In this document: in pieces, positions 51,342 to 61,708 of the stretch
Layout: every line of letters starts with the position of its first letter
Position numbering within the stretch: position 1 is the first letter of the stretch
NCBI GenBank assembly: GCA_002104905.1
Contig: MCFE01000025.1
Location: forward strand, 124,001-188,000
DNA length: 64,000 nucleotides
DNA from: Basidiobolus meristosporus CBS 931.73
Lineage: Eukaryota; Fungi; Basidiobolomycota
Direction of reading: 5' to 3'
Made by a program: the position numbers and the translations under genes
Notes under the pieces: generated by a model
Database searches by the model: none
The model's input: the letters and a program-made list of their open reading frames with translations, nothing else
What the model was told of the DNA's origin: nothing

Positions 51342-53688
51342 CTACATATTAATTATGACAAGGTGGTAGGATACAATGAAATAGAGCAACACACCGGAGG
51401 CAATAAGGACTTGCAAAAACCATGTGTGCTGAGCTTTGTATCCTGGGATCTCACCCCACCACCAGAACAAATGCTGAGCAAACGCCACTGTGATCATTAG
51501 AGATACGAATGGAGCCATGAATACCAGGCGGTACTCTAGCGGAAGTCTGTGATGACTGATCAAGTTTAACATGCCGAAGTGATAGGCAAGGTATCCAGCT
51601 AGCACCACGAAGATCAAGTACGACCAGGCCAAAATACCAGGCACATGAGGGAGCAGTTGGAATGACTTGTTGTTTTCTGTCTTCTCGTAGTCATCAACAT
51701 TGGCGTTATCCGGAATTACATATTTCTTCTGAAGCTCCAGCAGACGCTCTTTCTTTCTTTTTTCCTCCACAATCTTGTTTTGGATGTCTTCCGGAGCATC
51801 GTCCTCTTTCTCGTCATCAGAATCCTTGGCCTTGGTAGGCTTTTTAGTTTTCTTACTCTTTGTACCGTTGATTTTCTCGTTGCCGACCTTCAGCTTCTTT
51901 TGATCGTTCTGGGGTTTTTTGATGAGACTATATACATAGTATATTGCCTGAATAACAATAACGCCAAAGGCGAGAGCAAAAATACTAAGTTGTACGGTCT
52001 TTGTCTCGTAAAATTCAATCATCTCAAAAGCAACAGGCAGATCGAAGGCACCAGCATACAAGAAAGTAGCAGCACCCATCTCACGGTCATATTTGAAGCT
52101 GAAATATTGTTTGCTCATATGACCGGGGGTAACGGGTTCGATGACTTTGAAGGTATGTCTAGCAACCTCTAGTAGTTTGATTTCTCTTGCTCCGAATAGA
52201 GGTTCTAATGCCTCGGGAATGATTACACCAAGAGTGTTGTTTGGATATCCCTTGATTTCTATCTGTTGGGTTAGAGTGGCAAGCTTCTCGAAAGTGGAGT
52301 GAGAGCTACCAACAGGTCTGTAAGTGGCCTCATACACATATGCGCGATCATCCCAATGAGGCACAACCTTGAAGAATTCGGGGTCGTAATGGTTTTCAGG
52401 TTCGCTTAATTCAAAGAAACGATCGAGGAACCCTCGACAAATTGTTTGCGAGTCTGGATATTATTTGTGTTGTACGACACGAATATACCTAGATTTTGCT
52501 CCGGGAAAAGTGAGAGCTGGCTACTTTGGCCAACGGTATCACCTCCGTGTGAGATCATTCTTAAGCCTGGCCCGTATGCTGTCTCGAAAAAGCCATAGCA
52601 AGTGCCATCTGCAATAGCACTTGGTGAAAATTGTCGTGAATGCATCAGGTCTATCGTGGCAGGGTCAAGTATGCGCTGCTCTTCAGAAATGGCCCCATGG
52701 TTGAGATGAGCAATCATAAATTTGGTCATGTCATCGGCGGTGGATACCAAAGAGCCGGCAGGAAGAAGCGAAATATACAGCTCAGGAGATCTATCGAATT
52801 GGCCGGTTTTGTGGTTTTTGTCGTAGTTAACGGCCAGCTTGTATTTTCCGGATGATCTGATTTTGACCATGGTAGGGTCGGAGGCATTGTGCGGGGCAAA
52901 AGTCGTAGCATCCATTCCTAATGGGTCCAAGACGTTAAGGCGGACATATTCAGTGAATGGAAGATTGGATATCTTGCTGATGGCATGCCCTAATAGAGTG
53001 TACCCATGATTAGAGTAAGCTTGAGTCTCGTTAACATCCCTAACTCTAAGTGGGAAATGCTCGAGTGCTGGCAACAATGAGGATGGTATCTGGAAACAAA
53101 ATTTAGTATCAATGCTTCGATTGAATAGGCGATGTTGACAGTTACATTTTGGGGCTTGTTGGTAACAATACCAAGCATTTTGGTGTCTAATCCAGATGTA
53201 TGCGTCAGCAGGTTGGAGGCTGTGACATTCTTCCGGTAGTTGTTGCTAAAGAGTACGAATTCCTGGGCCTTGTCTTCATCTTGAAGGTAATAATTGATAT
53301 TGTTGTCCAAATCTATCCGGCCCTGCTCGTAAAGCTGCAATAATGATGTCGCGGTAAAGGTCTTGGAGATGGAGCCCACTTGAACAATCGTGTTTGAAGG
53401 GTCGGCGGGAGATTTTGACTCAAGATCGGAGTAGCCATAGCCGGCTGTGAAGATGACCTTCCCATCCTTGACTACAGAAACTACAGCACCTGGTAATGAC
53501 ATGTTAATTCCACTGAGCATCTGTGAGGTATCGTAGGAATACTTACCAGGAAGTTGACCCTGTTTTATCAGCTGGCCAAAAAATTCGTCAGCATAACTTT
53601 TGACCTCTTCCTTGGAAATCTCTCGGGCGGCAGTTAGACTGAGCGCCAGAGACCCAAGAGTGATTGCGGAAGATAAACGAAAGATCAT
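51342..53688 (-). CDS. Beta-lactamase class C/AmpH-fold serine hydrolase with signal peptide and C-terminal TM helices; contains a 1-nt frameshift
   Basis: PGAVVSVVKDG, GYG, GSISK (SxxK), LLTHTSG, YSNHGY.LLG (YxN), PAGSL, HGGD, then the TM region. Two introns; frame break at 52421-52423. Confidence 0.85.
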
Positions 53689-54332
53689 CTATCCTTATAT
53701 CTAAAACGGCGAATTGGTAATCGTATTGGTGTTTGATATTGACAGGATTTTAACGAATATTTGACAACGTCAACTTTATAAATGCGTTAGCAAAGATCAA
53801 AACAGTCACGTTTCTCCTCGCATATATACGGGAAAAGTAACACGTACGAATGGTAGCACGATAGAATACCTTTGATTGGAATTAGGTTGAATTGAATTGA
53901 ATTAGTATACAGATACTTTCGGAGTAGTTGACCATTACCATATTAATTGATAACTTGCTCCAAATTTGCAATCCGATTCCTCTGGAGCAACCGAATATTT
54001 GTAATAAATGAAGTATATTCCTTTACAATTGTCACAAATTGGTATACAATACGCCCGGTAGCAACAGAGTCGTTTAATTTAGGACTAATATGGTTAAATG
54101 AACTTACACCAATAAGTAATGTGTGAATTGTATTCCACATCGCTGAAGCACAAGCGTACCTTAGGTTTGTTCATCTTTTGACGATTTTAATCCATTATAG
54201 TTGTTTAGTTTAATTCCAGGTTATCAGTAGCTTGGTTTGATCATGTAGTTTCTACCACACTGAACTTATGATCGTTTGCTAACGGTACAAAGTGCCACAC
54301 CACTCTGGAATTGTTTTTCATGAGGTATTGCT

Positions 54333-54995
54333 ATGAGTTCGGAATTACCACAACAACAAATCATCTCTTTACTATCCAAACTTGATTCTTTATGTCGACA
54401 ATGGAGTACTCAACAGGCATTCACAAGTTCTTTATTCTCTTCGTTGATTAACCTTCTTACTCAGCGAGACGAAACGCTTTCTATGTTGAGCAAGCAACAG
54501 GAGACTGGATCAAACAGAAATCTACGAGTGCTAAAGAACCCTTCACTTTTGCCTTACAATGTTCTTGAGAGTTTGGTATACAAACAATCAGTAGAGCTTG
54601 AGAAGATTCTTTCCCAGCTCCATCAGTCGATAAATGGTTTTGAAAAATCGGCAAAATCCATGGCACAACTGAAGAATTCCCTGAACAAGATGCTTTCGTC
54701 AATCCCAAGCAATGGGCTAGAAAAGATTACACAAAGCAAGCAGGACCAGAATGTAGCTGCGATCACTCTTCTGGAGGTTGCCAACTGGATAGTTTCAGTA
54801 GAAGGGATGTATTCGAAGGAATTACAGGTTAAAATTCACATAATAAGAACGCTAGACATACGTCAATTGAGAGAGGTAGAAGATGTCGCCATCCGCTGGA
54901 ATTCACAGGCGCATATAAGGTTTGATGTTGAGGAGGAATTCTCAGAACGACTAAAAATATGCAAGATAATCGAAGAATACATTTCCTTAGAATAA
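54333..54995 (+). CDS. Helical protein resembling AIRIM/C1orf109
   Basis: 220-aa ORF with W..QQ..SL.NL..Q, L..KQ..LE.IL..L, and W..VE..Y.K...K..I...W spacing, recalled from C1orf109. Not searched. Confidence 0.45.
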   Translation: MSSELPQQQIISLLSKLDSLCRQWSTQQAFTSSLFSSLINLLTQRDETLSMLSKQQETGSNRNLRVLKNPSLLPYNVLESLVYKQSVELEKILSQLHQSINGFEKSAKSMAQLKNSLNKMLSSIPSNGLEKITQSKQDQNVAAITLLEVANWIVSVEGMYSKELQVKIHIIRTLDIRQLREVEDVAIRWNSQAHIRFDVEEEFSERLKICKIIEEYISLE

Positions 54996-55178
54996 AGTGC
55001 TACATAGAGCGAATTCATCGAGCTACATGGACTTGGACATTGCAATTTAGGGGATTTATTGAAGTGATATTTCTAAGTCTTGGTTCAACTCAATCAGATG
55101 TAGTGAGAGGGTTTAATACTCAATCGGGCCCCTGATGTCGCTGGGAGCCACACATACAGGCTTTCTTCGGGGTACAGT

Positions 55179-55858
55179 TCATTTGTTCATACCTTCCAAA
55201 TCTTTAGGGCCGAAGTACTCTGGTAGCAGCTCCTTGAGTGTCATTGTCTTAGCAGTGCGGTCATGTCGGACTAAGAGGACCAATAAGTCCGTTCCAAACT
55301 CAGCCATGAATTGGCGGCAAATACCGCATGGTGTTGGGTAGGTATCTACATCACTATATTTGAAGTTCTATTTTAATTAGTGGGCTCTTAAAAATAATGA
55401 CTTGGTTCTGGTCTTACGTAGATGCCGCAATAGCAATAAACTTTCTGTGACCCTCACTCTAAAACAGATAAGATTATATGTTAATAAGTGGGTTATTAAA
55501 TACCAGCACAAAACCACTCAACATACTATTGCTTTTTGGAAAGCACACCGTTCAGCACAAACACCAGCACCAAAGGAGGCGTTTTCAATGTTGCATCCTG
55601 AAGAGGGATTTACATGACTTTAGTTCTGAAGTAGCGGTAGTGAGATCGCAGGAATTACCCTTGAAATATTCGTTAGTGTCAGTTAACAACGCAGCGCCGA
55701 CGCGGAATTTCGAGTAAGGGCAATATGCGTAGTTACGGGCTAGTTTCTTGGATGAGGATGAATGGGGCAAGAGAGATGGCAAAGAATGAAGGCTTACCAT
55801 CAAGGGACATGTCAATGAGGGTATCCTCCTGCTCTTTGGTTAGTTGAATGTTAGACAT
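55179..55858 (-). CDS. CDD1: Cytidine deaminase
   Basis: Five exons give AYCPYSKFRVGAALL, GCNIENASFG..CAER, PCGICRQFMAEF and LLP..FGP. Confidence 0.95.
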
Positions 55859-56120
55859 GATGCGGGTATTGTATTTTGGTTTGGGTACAAGCAAAAAGTG
55901 TCCGCGGAGTGAGCATTAACGAGCAATTTATAGGTTTATGCGGAATCACATTTAGCCATGGTGAGAGTAAGCATTGTATTTCCAATCTTGAATGGCCATC
56001 ATTAATCATGGATAACCTTCAATCCAACCTACACTGAAACGGTGGGTATTGGCTGTATTTGATGTGGCTTCCATCCATCAGCATCATAGTTTGATGTACA
56101 AGCCTTTTCCCATTTATAGA

Positions 56121-56226
56121 CAGAAATAACATGATTCTAAGCAATGTTAATAAATCGCAGCAAGCGTTCATGGCAGAAATAACATGGTTCTAAGCAATGT
56201 TAATAAATCGCAGCAAGCGTTCATGG
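56121..56226 (+). repeat. 53-bp tandem duplication (2 copies, 1 mismatch)
   Basis: CAGAAATAACATG(A/G)TTCTAAGCAATGTTAATAAATCGCAGCAAGCGTTCATGG at 56121 and 56174. Confidence 0.95.
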
Positions 56227-56315
56227 CGATTGTGATTACTGAGTTTTAGTTGGGTGTTCAAAAGATTGTACAGGTGTCGATGATTCAATGGGACTATGTA
56301 TAGAAAGAAGTATAA

Positions 56316-57233
56316 TTAATGATGAGGGGGAAAGCGTATCGAGCTGGCTGGATTGTCTATATTAATATCGTCCCACCAAGGTAATACCATAGGAATTTTC
56401 TCTGGGTCTAGCTCTGGCCAATGCTTTTTGATTGTCGCGAATATACCACAAAAAGTAGCATTATTGCCCAAGTCCGAAAAATGTATACCGTCAAGGAAAT
56501 AGTCCTTGAGTTGCATGCCGCGTAAGAGTCGGCGTCCCGGAATTCGGTCTTTTCGTGCCAATCTGATACGTTTTGTGAAATGCTTCCATAGATCCACCAC
56601 CGGTACATTCATCTCCTGTCCGATATCCTTGCATTTTTGAGCATAGATCTTGGTGACTTCTGACTTTCGGTCAAGGGAAATCCCTCGGAAGCTACACATT
56701 TTTTCCCACTCTTGCTCAATTAATGGTGGCGGTGTAACAAGCAGTACACGTGTTTTAGGGCTATAGTAGGGTGATTTAGGGGATTTGGTCATATTGATAA
56801 GTTCTCGTAGATTCTCTCCATAAACATCCACCGGAATATGCTGACTGGAGTTGGGTAGGGCTGCATCGTTGGTGCCAAGGAAAATAATTATCAGCTCTGT
56901 GGTAGGACTTCCTTTCGGATTGGTATCCGATTTCAGTGGCAGCAATTGGTTCAGAATGTGCTTGGCCCACTCGGTGTTGTATCCTGGAGAGTAGGTTAGT
57001 ATTATAGCCTCATATGAACAGTTGTATCAATATACTAACCGACATAGCCACGATTCAATACATCCAACTTCCCACTGTACTCATTTGCTAACGCAGCTCC
57101 CCAACCATTAATGTTGGCAAAGCTAAGCTATTTGATAGAGGTGAGAAGCAACACACCAGGTTGCAACAGGGTGAATTCTACTTACTTGAGTCATGGCATC
57201 CCCGAAAAGTATGATTTTGCTGTATTCATACAT
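56316..57233 (-). CDS. IAH1: SGNH/GDSL hydrolase, Iah1-like, with the nucleophile Ser replaced by Ala
   Basis: IILFGDAMTQ | GWGAALANEY..LDVLNRGY.GYNTEW | IFLGTNDA..P.QHIP, TPPP, DLW, DGIHFS..GN; three introns. Confidence 0.85.
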
Positions 57234-57759
57234 GTTGTAGGAAAGAGAGTATCAAAAAACATCCTAGCTGCTCCATTTTAAATTAGATGATGGAGTCAGT
57301 CACCTATCTCTTAATATAGTATATTCCGAAAATCCAAGGCACAAGTACAGATTCATATCTCTGCTTAGTCAGTGGATATCTATCTATTCATACTGCCCCC
57401 TATCGCTTATGTATGTAAACTCATTTCATTGGTATTAAAATATCCGCTTATCCGAATAGCGCTATTTCCTATCATTTGTTGAGTAAAGGTACCTATGCCT
57501 TGTGATTCGTTCATCTTGAAAATATCAGGGAAAGGAACTATGTTCACATGAGTAAATTCTCACACTGCTGAATTATACTTAATGTTGATTTATTGTTGGT
57601 AAGGCAATGTGCCTCAAGTTAGTCAGCTTTCTGTTGACAGGGTGCTAGAACTGAAACATTATCGAGATTATAAATGTACATGACTATAATGGGTGATTCC
57701 GCAAAGAATTTACTGGAGTGGCTCATGAAACACAAGATGGATATCAACCAGGTAAAATG

Positions 57760-60700
57760 TTACCATGCAAGTTTGGCCAGGAGCCCTTGAGGATACTTGC
57801 GAACAAAGTACTTCCGGGTCTCGTCTGCCAACAGAATAATCAACGCTCCAGCTAACGGAATGAACCAGAACTTCACGGGTACTGGTCGTGTGTTGAAGAT
57901 GTTATTGAACACTGGTAGATAGACTGCAACCAAGGCCAACACAACCGAACCAAACTGAGCTCCAAACAGCCAGAGGTTACGGGATGGTTGCGCCCACGGT
58001 GGGTGCTGTAGGATAGAGAGTCGTCTCGTACGGCTGGACAGCAGATTACCAAAGGCTTGAAGCATCACCAGGGTTACAAAGGTAACACACTGTCCTGTGT
58101 ACAGCAGGTCATCCAGCTGTTCTTGGGTCAGTCCCTTGTATCCCGCGGTCCACTTGTCAAACGTCAGCAGAATATCGCCTGCAGAGAGATGGCCAGCGGA
58201 TTGGACATAGTAGAAGAACATACAGTGAGAGAAGAGTGTTTCCAGCATACCCACAAATAGGTAGGCATGGCGCAAAAGACCCAGGTTGACAAGGCGATCC
58301 TGATTTGGACGACGAGGGGGACGTTTCAGCAGATCTGACTCCGGTGTCTCAAACATGATGGCGATCGAGGGTAACATGTCGGTCAATACACAAATACAGA
58401 TCATGAGAAAGGCAGATAGTGGCAGTGGAACACCCAGGAGTACATTCACCAAGATCGGGATCAATTCGGACCACGACCCAGCTGGAAGCAGATAGAGAAT
58501 GACCTTCTTCAAGTTGTCATACACCAGTCTTCCGTTCTCGATGGCCACAATGATGGACGAGAAGTTGTTGTCAAGGAGCACCATGTGCGCGGCCTCCATG
58601 GCCACTTCGCTACCACCACCCATGGCAATACCAATGTTGGCGGCCTTGAGAGCGGGGGCATCGTTCACACCATCACCAGTAACACCAACAATGTTGCCAC
58701 GTTGCTGGAACTCGTTGACAATTCTGAGCTTCTGTTCGGGGGTAGTACGGGCAAACACAATCTCATCATAGCCAGTGACCATATCCCATTGCTGATCAGT
58801 GAGGTCGGGGAGATCAGAGCCGGAGAGAAGAAGTGCTCTTCTGCAACTGTTGACTCCGTCATCAACAGCCAGAGTCATTTCACTTTTTTCACTAATCAGG
58901 TCTTCAACTTTGTCAATGTGCTCGGCAGTGAAAATACCCACTTGCTTAGCAATAGCAGCGGCAGTCAAGGAGAAATCACCGGTAACCATGAACAAACGCA
59001 CACCGGCACCACGACAGGTCTTCACCACATCAAAGATCTCGGGTCTGGGTGGATCGATGATGCCGACCAATCCGACAATGCACATATTCTCCGCAAGGGT
59101 GGTAACCTCTTCCGAGGTCATTCCACTACTGAACTCGCCTTCTTCCAAGTGTCTTCTTGTCATCAGAAGTACTCTTTGACCATTGGAGCTCCACTCCTCT
59201 TGCTGACGAAGTATTTGTTGTCTTGCCGAATGGTTGAATGGACTCTCAGTACCATCAAAGTTGAGGATACGCGTGCATTTGCCGAGAATGAAGTCAGGGG
59301 CACCCTTGAGCATAAGAACGGCCTTGTCAGTCCTGAATCCGTTATCTTCACTCTTTCCCTTGGCAATAGACAACATCCACTTGTTCTTGGAGTTGAAGGG
59401 GATATCAAACAGTTTCTCGAAGGTTGGGTTGTGTTCGCTGATCATTCTGTAGTCTTCGGCAAAGCGAAGAATGGCCGAATCAGTAGCGTCTCCATTGGTC
59501 TTGCGCTCGGACACTGGCAGGTCCATCGACTCGCTATCGAACGAAGCACCATTACAGAGACCAGAGACGGCGAGTAGCTCCAACACTCCGGGGGCCTTGG
59601 CGTTGTAGTGATCTCTGCACTCGTTCATGTTGAACGCCTGGCCAGCGAATCCGGAGCTAACAAACATTCTGTTTTGGGTGAGTGTCCCGGTCTTGTCGGA
59701 GGCGATGACGTTCACAGAGCCCAGAGTCTCGACTGTGGTCAAGTTCTTGACCAGCACCTTTTGCTGCTGCATCTTACGAGCAACCAGAGTGAGGGTCAGG
59801 GTGACAGCTACTGGGAGACCTTCAGGGACGAAAGCAACAAGAACGGCGATAGCATTGACCAGTGCGGTGGAGAGGTTCAAGAAGTTGGGGTAGGTGGTAC
59901 GCAACCAAGCAGCCCACAGGATCATGACAAAAACTGCCGTGGAGATTGAGAGTGTCGCAATGATCCTCACAAATCGACTGATTTCAATCTGCAACAAAGT
60001 CTTTGAAGTTCCTGCATTGCTTGATAGCTTGGCGATCTTCCCCATGACGGTGTTATCACCAGTGGAGACAACCACACCGACACCTTCACCGTTAGTGGTG
60101 AGAGTACCCATCAAAGCAACATTTTTGGACTCCAGGTAGTTCTCATCGGTCATGTCAACGGTAGCGGCGATTGGGTCACTCTCACCGGTCAGAACGGATT
60201 TGTCAAACTTGAGGTCGGAGCAACTGATCACTCGAGCATCAGCGGGAACCTTGTTACCGTATGTCAGGTAGACCACATCACCAACAACTAGGTCACTCAC
60301 TGGCACTCTCACCTTCTGGCCCCCACGATTCACCAGAGCATTTGCTGGCAGCATACCGTTGATCGAGTTCATCACCTTGGAGGAGCTCCAATCCTGATAG
60401 GCATTGAAGCCAGCTTGCAGGAAGATCACGATCAGAAGTAGAACTCCAAGACCGAGATTCAACGGGTCTGGAGGATTCCCCAGGGGCTTCCATGCCAAGA
60501 AGCAGATGAGGGCGGCAAACCACAGGAGGCCACAGAACCCACCGAAGCCATAGTCAAAAATCTTAGACCAGAGCTTGGAGGGAGGAGGAGAGATCTGGTT
60601 TTTTCCATTTTTGACCAGGCGTTCTTGTGCCTTGGCTGAGTCCAAACCATTGTCGAGCGAGGTATTGAAGCGGAGACTTATTTCGTGTAGGTTTAATTTG

Positions 60701-60855
60701 TGATAGTCAATGGCGAGTTCTTTCTCAAGATCCTTGTCTTTTGGGCCATTCCTTGTTCGTGTTCGAGCCTCATCCACTCGAATAGATAAAGTACGGAACT
60801 CTACAGTCAATGTTCGAGAGACTGGTAGAGCCGATGGTGTTCCACTAGACGGCAT
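57760..60855 (-). CDS. P-type ATPase, Na+,K+-ATPase-like (probably ACU type), paralogue 2
   Basis: 1031-aa uninterrupted ORF with the same motifs as 12876-16076, and colinear with it throughout. Confidence 0.93.
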   Translation of the reverse strand: MPSSGTPSALPVSRTLTVEFRTLSIRVDEARTRTRNGPKDKDLEKELAIDYHKLNLHEISLRFNTSLDNGLDSAKAQERLVKNGKNQISPPPSKLWSKIFDYGFGGFCGLLWFAALICFLAWKPLGNPPDPLNLGLGVLLLIVIFLQAGFNAYQDWSSSKVMNSINGMLPANALVNRGGQKVRVPVSDLVVGDVVYLTYGNKVPADARVISCSDLKFDKSVLTGESDPIAATVDMTDENYLESKNVALMGTLTTNGEGVGVVVSTGDNTVMGKIAKLSSNAGTSKTLLQIEISRFVRIIATLSISTAVFVMILWAAWLRTTYPNFLNLSTALVNAIAVLVAFVPEGLPVAVTLTLTLVARKMQQQKVLVKNLTTVETLGSVNVIASDKTGTLTQNRMFVSSGFAGQAFNMNECRDHYNAKAPGVLELLAVSGLCNGASFDSESMDLPVSERKTNGDATDSAILRFAEDYRMISEHNPTFEKLFDIPFNSKNKWMLSIAKGKSEDNGFRTDKAVLMLKGAPDFILGKCTRILNFDGTESPFNHSARQQILRQQEEWSSNGQRVLLMTRRHLEEGEFSSGMTSEEVTTLAENMCIVGLVGIIDPPRPEIFDVVKTCRGAGVRLFMVTGDFSLTAAAIAKQVGIFTAEHIDKVEDLISEKSEMTLAVDDGVNSCRRALLLSGSDLPDLTDQQWDMVTGYDEIVFARTTPEQKLRIVNEFQQRGNIVGVTGDGVNDAPALKAANIGIAMGGGSEVAMEAAHMVLLDNNFSSIIVAIENGRLVYDNLKKVILYLLPAGSWSELIPILVNVLLGVPLPLSAFLMICICVLTDMLPSIAIMFETPESDLLKRPPRRPNQDRLVNLGLLRHAYLFVGMLETLFSHCMFFYYVQSAGHLSAGDILLTFDKWTAGYKGLTQEQLDDLLYTGQCVTFVTLVMLQAFGNLLSSRTRRLSILQHPPWAQPSRNLWLFGAQFGSVVLALVAVYLPVFNNIFNTRPVPVKFWFIPLAGALIILLADETRKYFVRKYPQGLLAKLAW

Positions 60856-61708
60856 TCTTTCGTAGAATAAACTCCCCTAAAGAATCACAGGAGTAAGTTC
60901 ACCTAGTTATAGTAAACCTACAAACAATCCCATTTCAGTTTCGGATGAGTCAACAATCAGGCAATGTGCCATAATCACACCGAGAGGTTGAAACAATCTT
61001 CAATGAGTTTATTTGCACCACCAGTGAACATTATACTTCTACACGAAAATGGGAGTCAGGCCATATGTTCAACTATCGAAATCCATCCAACGCTATTCAT
61101 ACTGACATATTCATATATCAACCAAATCGATAAATTCTCCCAAAGAATTCGAAAAATGTGCGGGTCAATCGTAAATATCTTTCAAAACGCAAAAAAATGC
61201 TTGTTGGCCACGAGGAGTTCTCAACATGTGACTACAAGGAATATTACCTGATAATGTGCCTTGAGTCAGATTTCACATAAACCAAGTATATGTAGAAATT
61301 TCCGAGTTTCATTTTCTTACTTTTGATCCTCGAGACTATCACTAGTTCAGTTGGCTTCCATCATATTGTATTCGTTTTGCATATCAGCAGTTACTTTAAA
61401 GCTTAACAAGTAGACATAAGTGAGCTAAAATATGATGTTTGATAGCACTTTAGAATTGTAGAAATGATGAAAAGATAGGAAAAGCCCACACCACGACTTC
61501 GTTTGATTTCTATTTTATAAAGATCTACTAAATGTTGGTCTTTTAATTTCGTGTATGTGTAAGAGAATAAATAAGGCAAAGGTAGCATTTGGAACATCTA
61601 CAATACTTTTATTGCTCCTACTTGTTTAATTATGCCATGTACATGTTGAGTCCCTCATTCCCAAATGTTTAAATAATATCACATTGCCTAATAAAACTTG
61701 ATTATAAC

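Noticed and set aside
58585-59577. 330-aa and other antisense ORFs over the ATPase genes
   Set aside because: Shadow frames of strongly codon-biased genes; not conserved as an ORF between the two paralogues.
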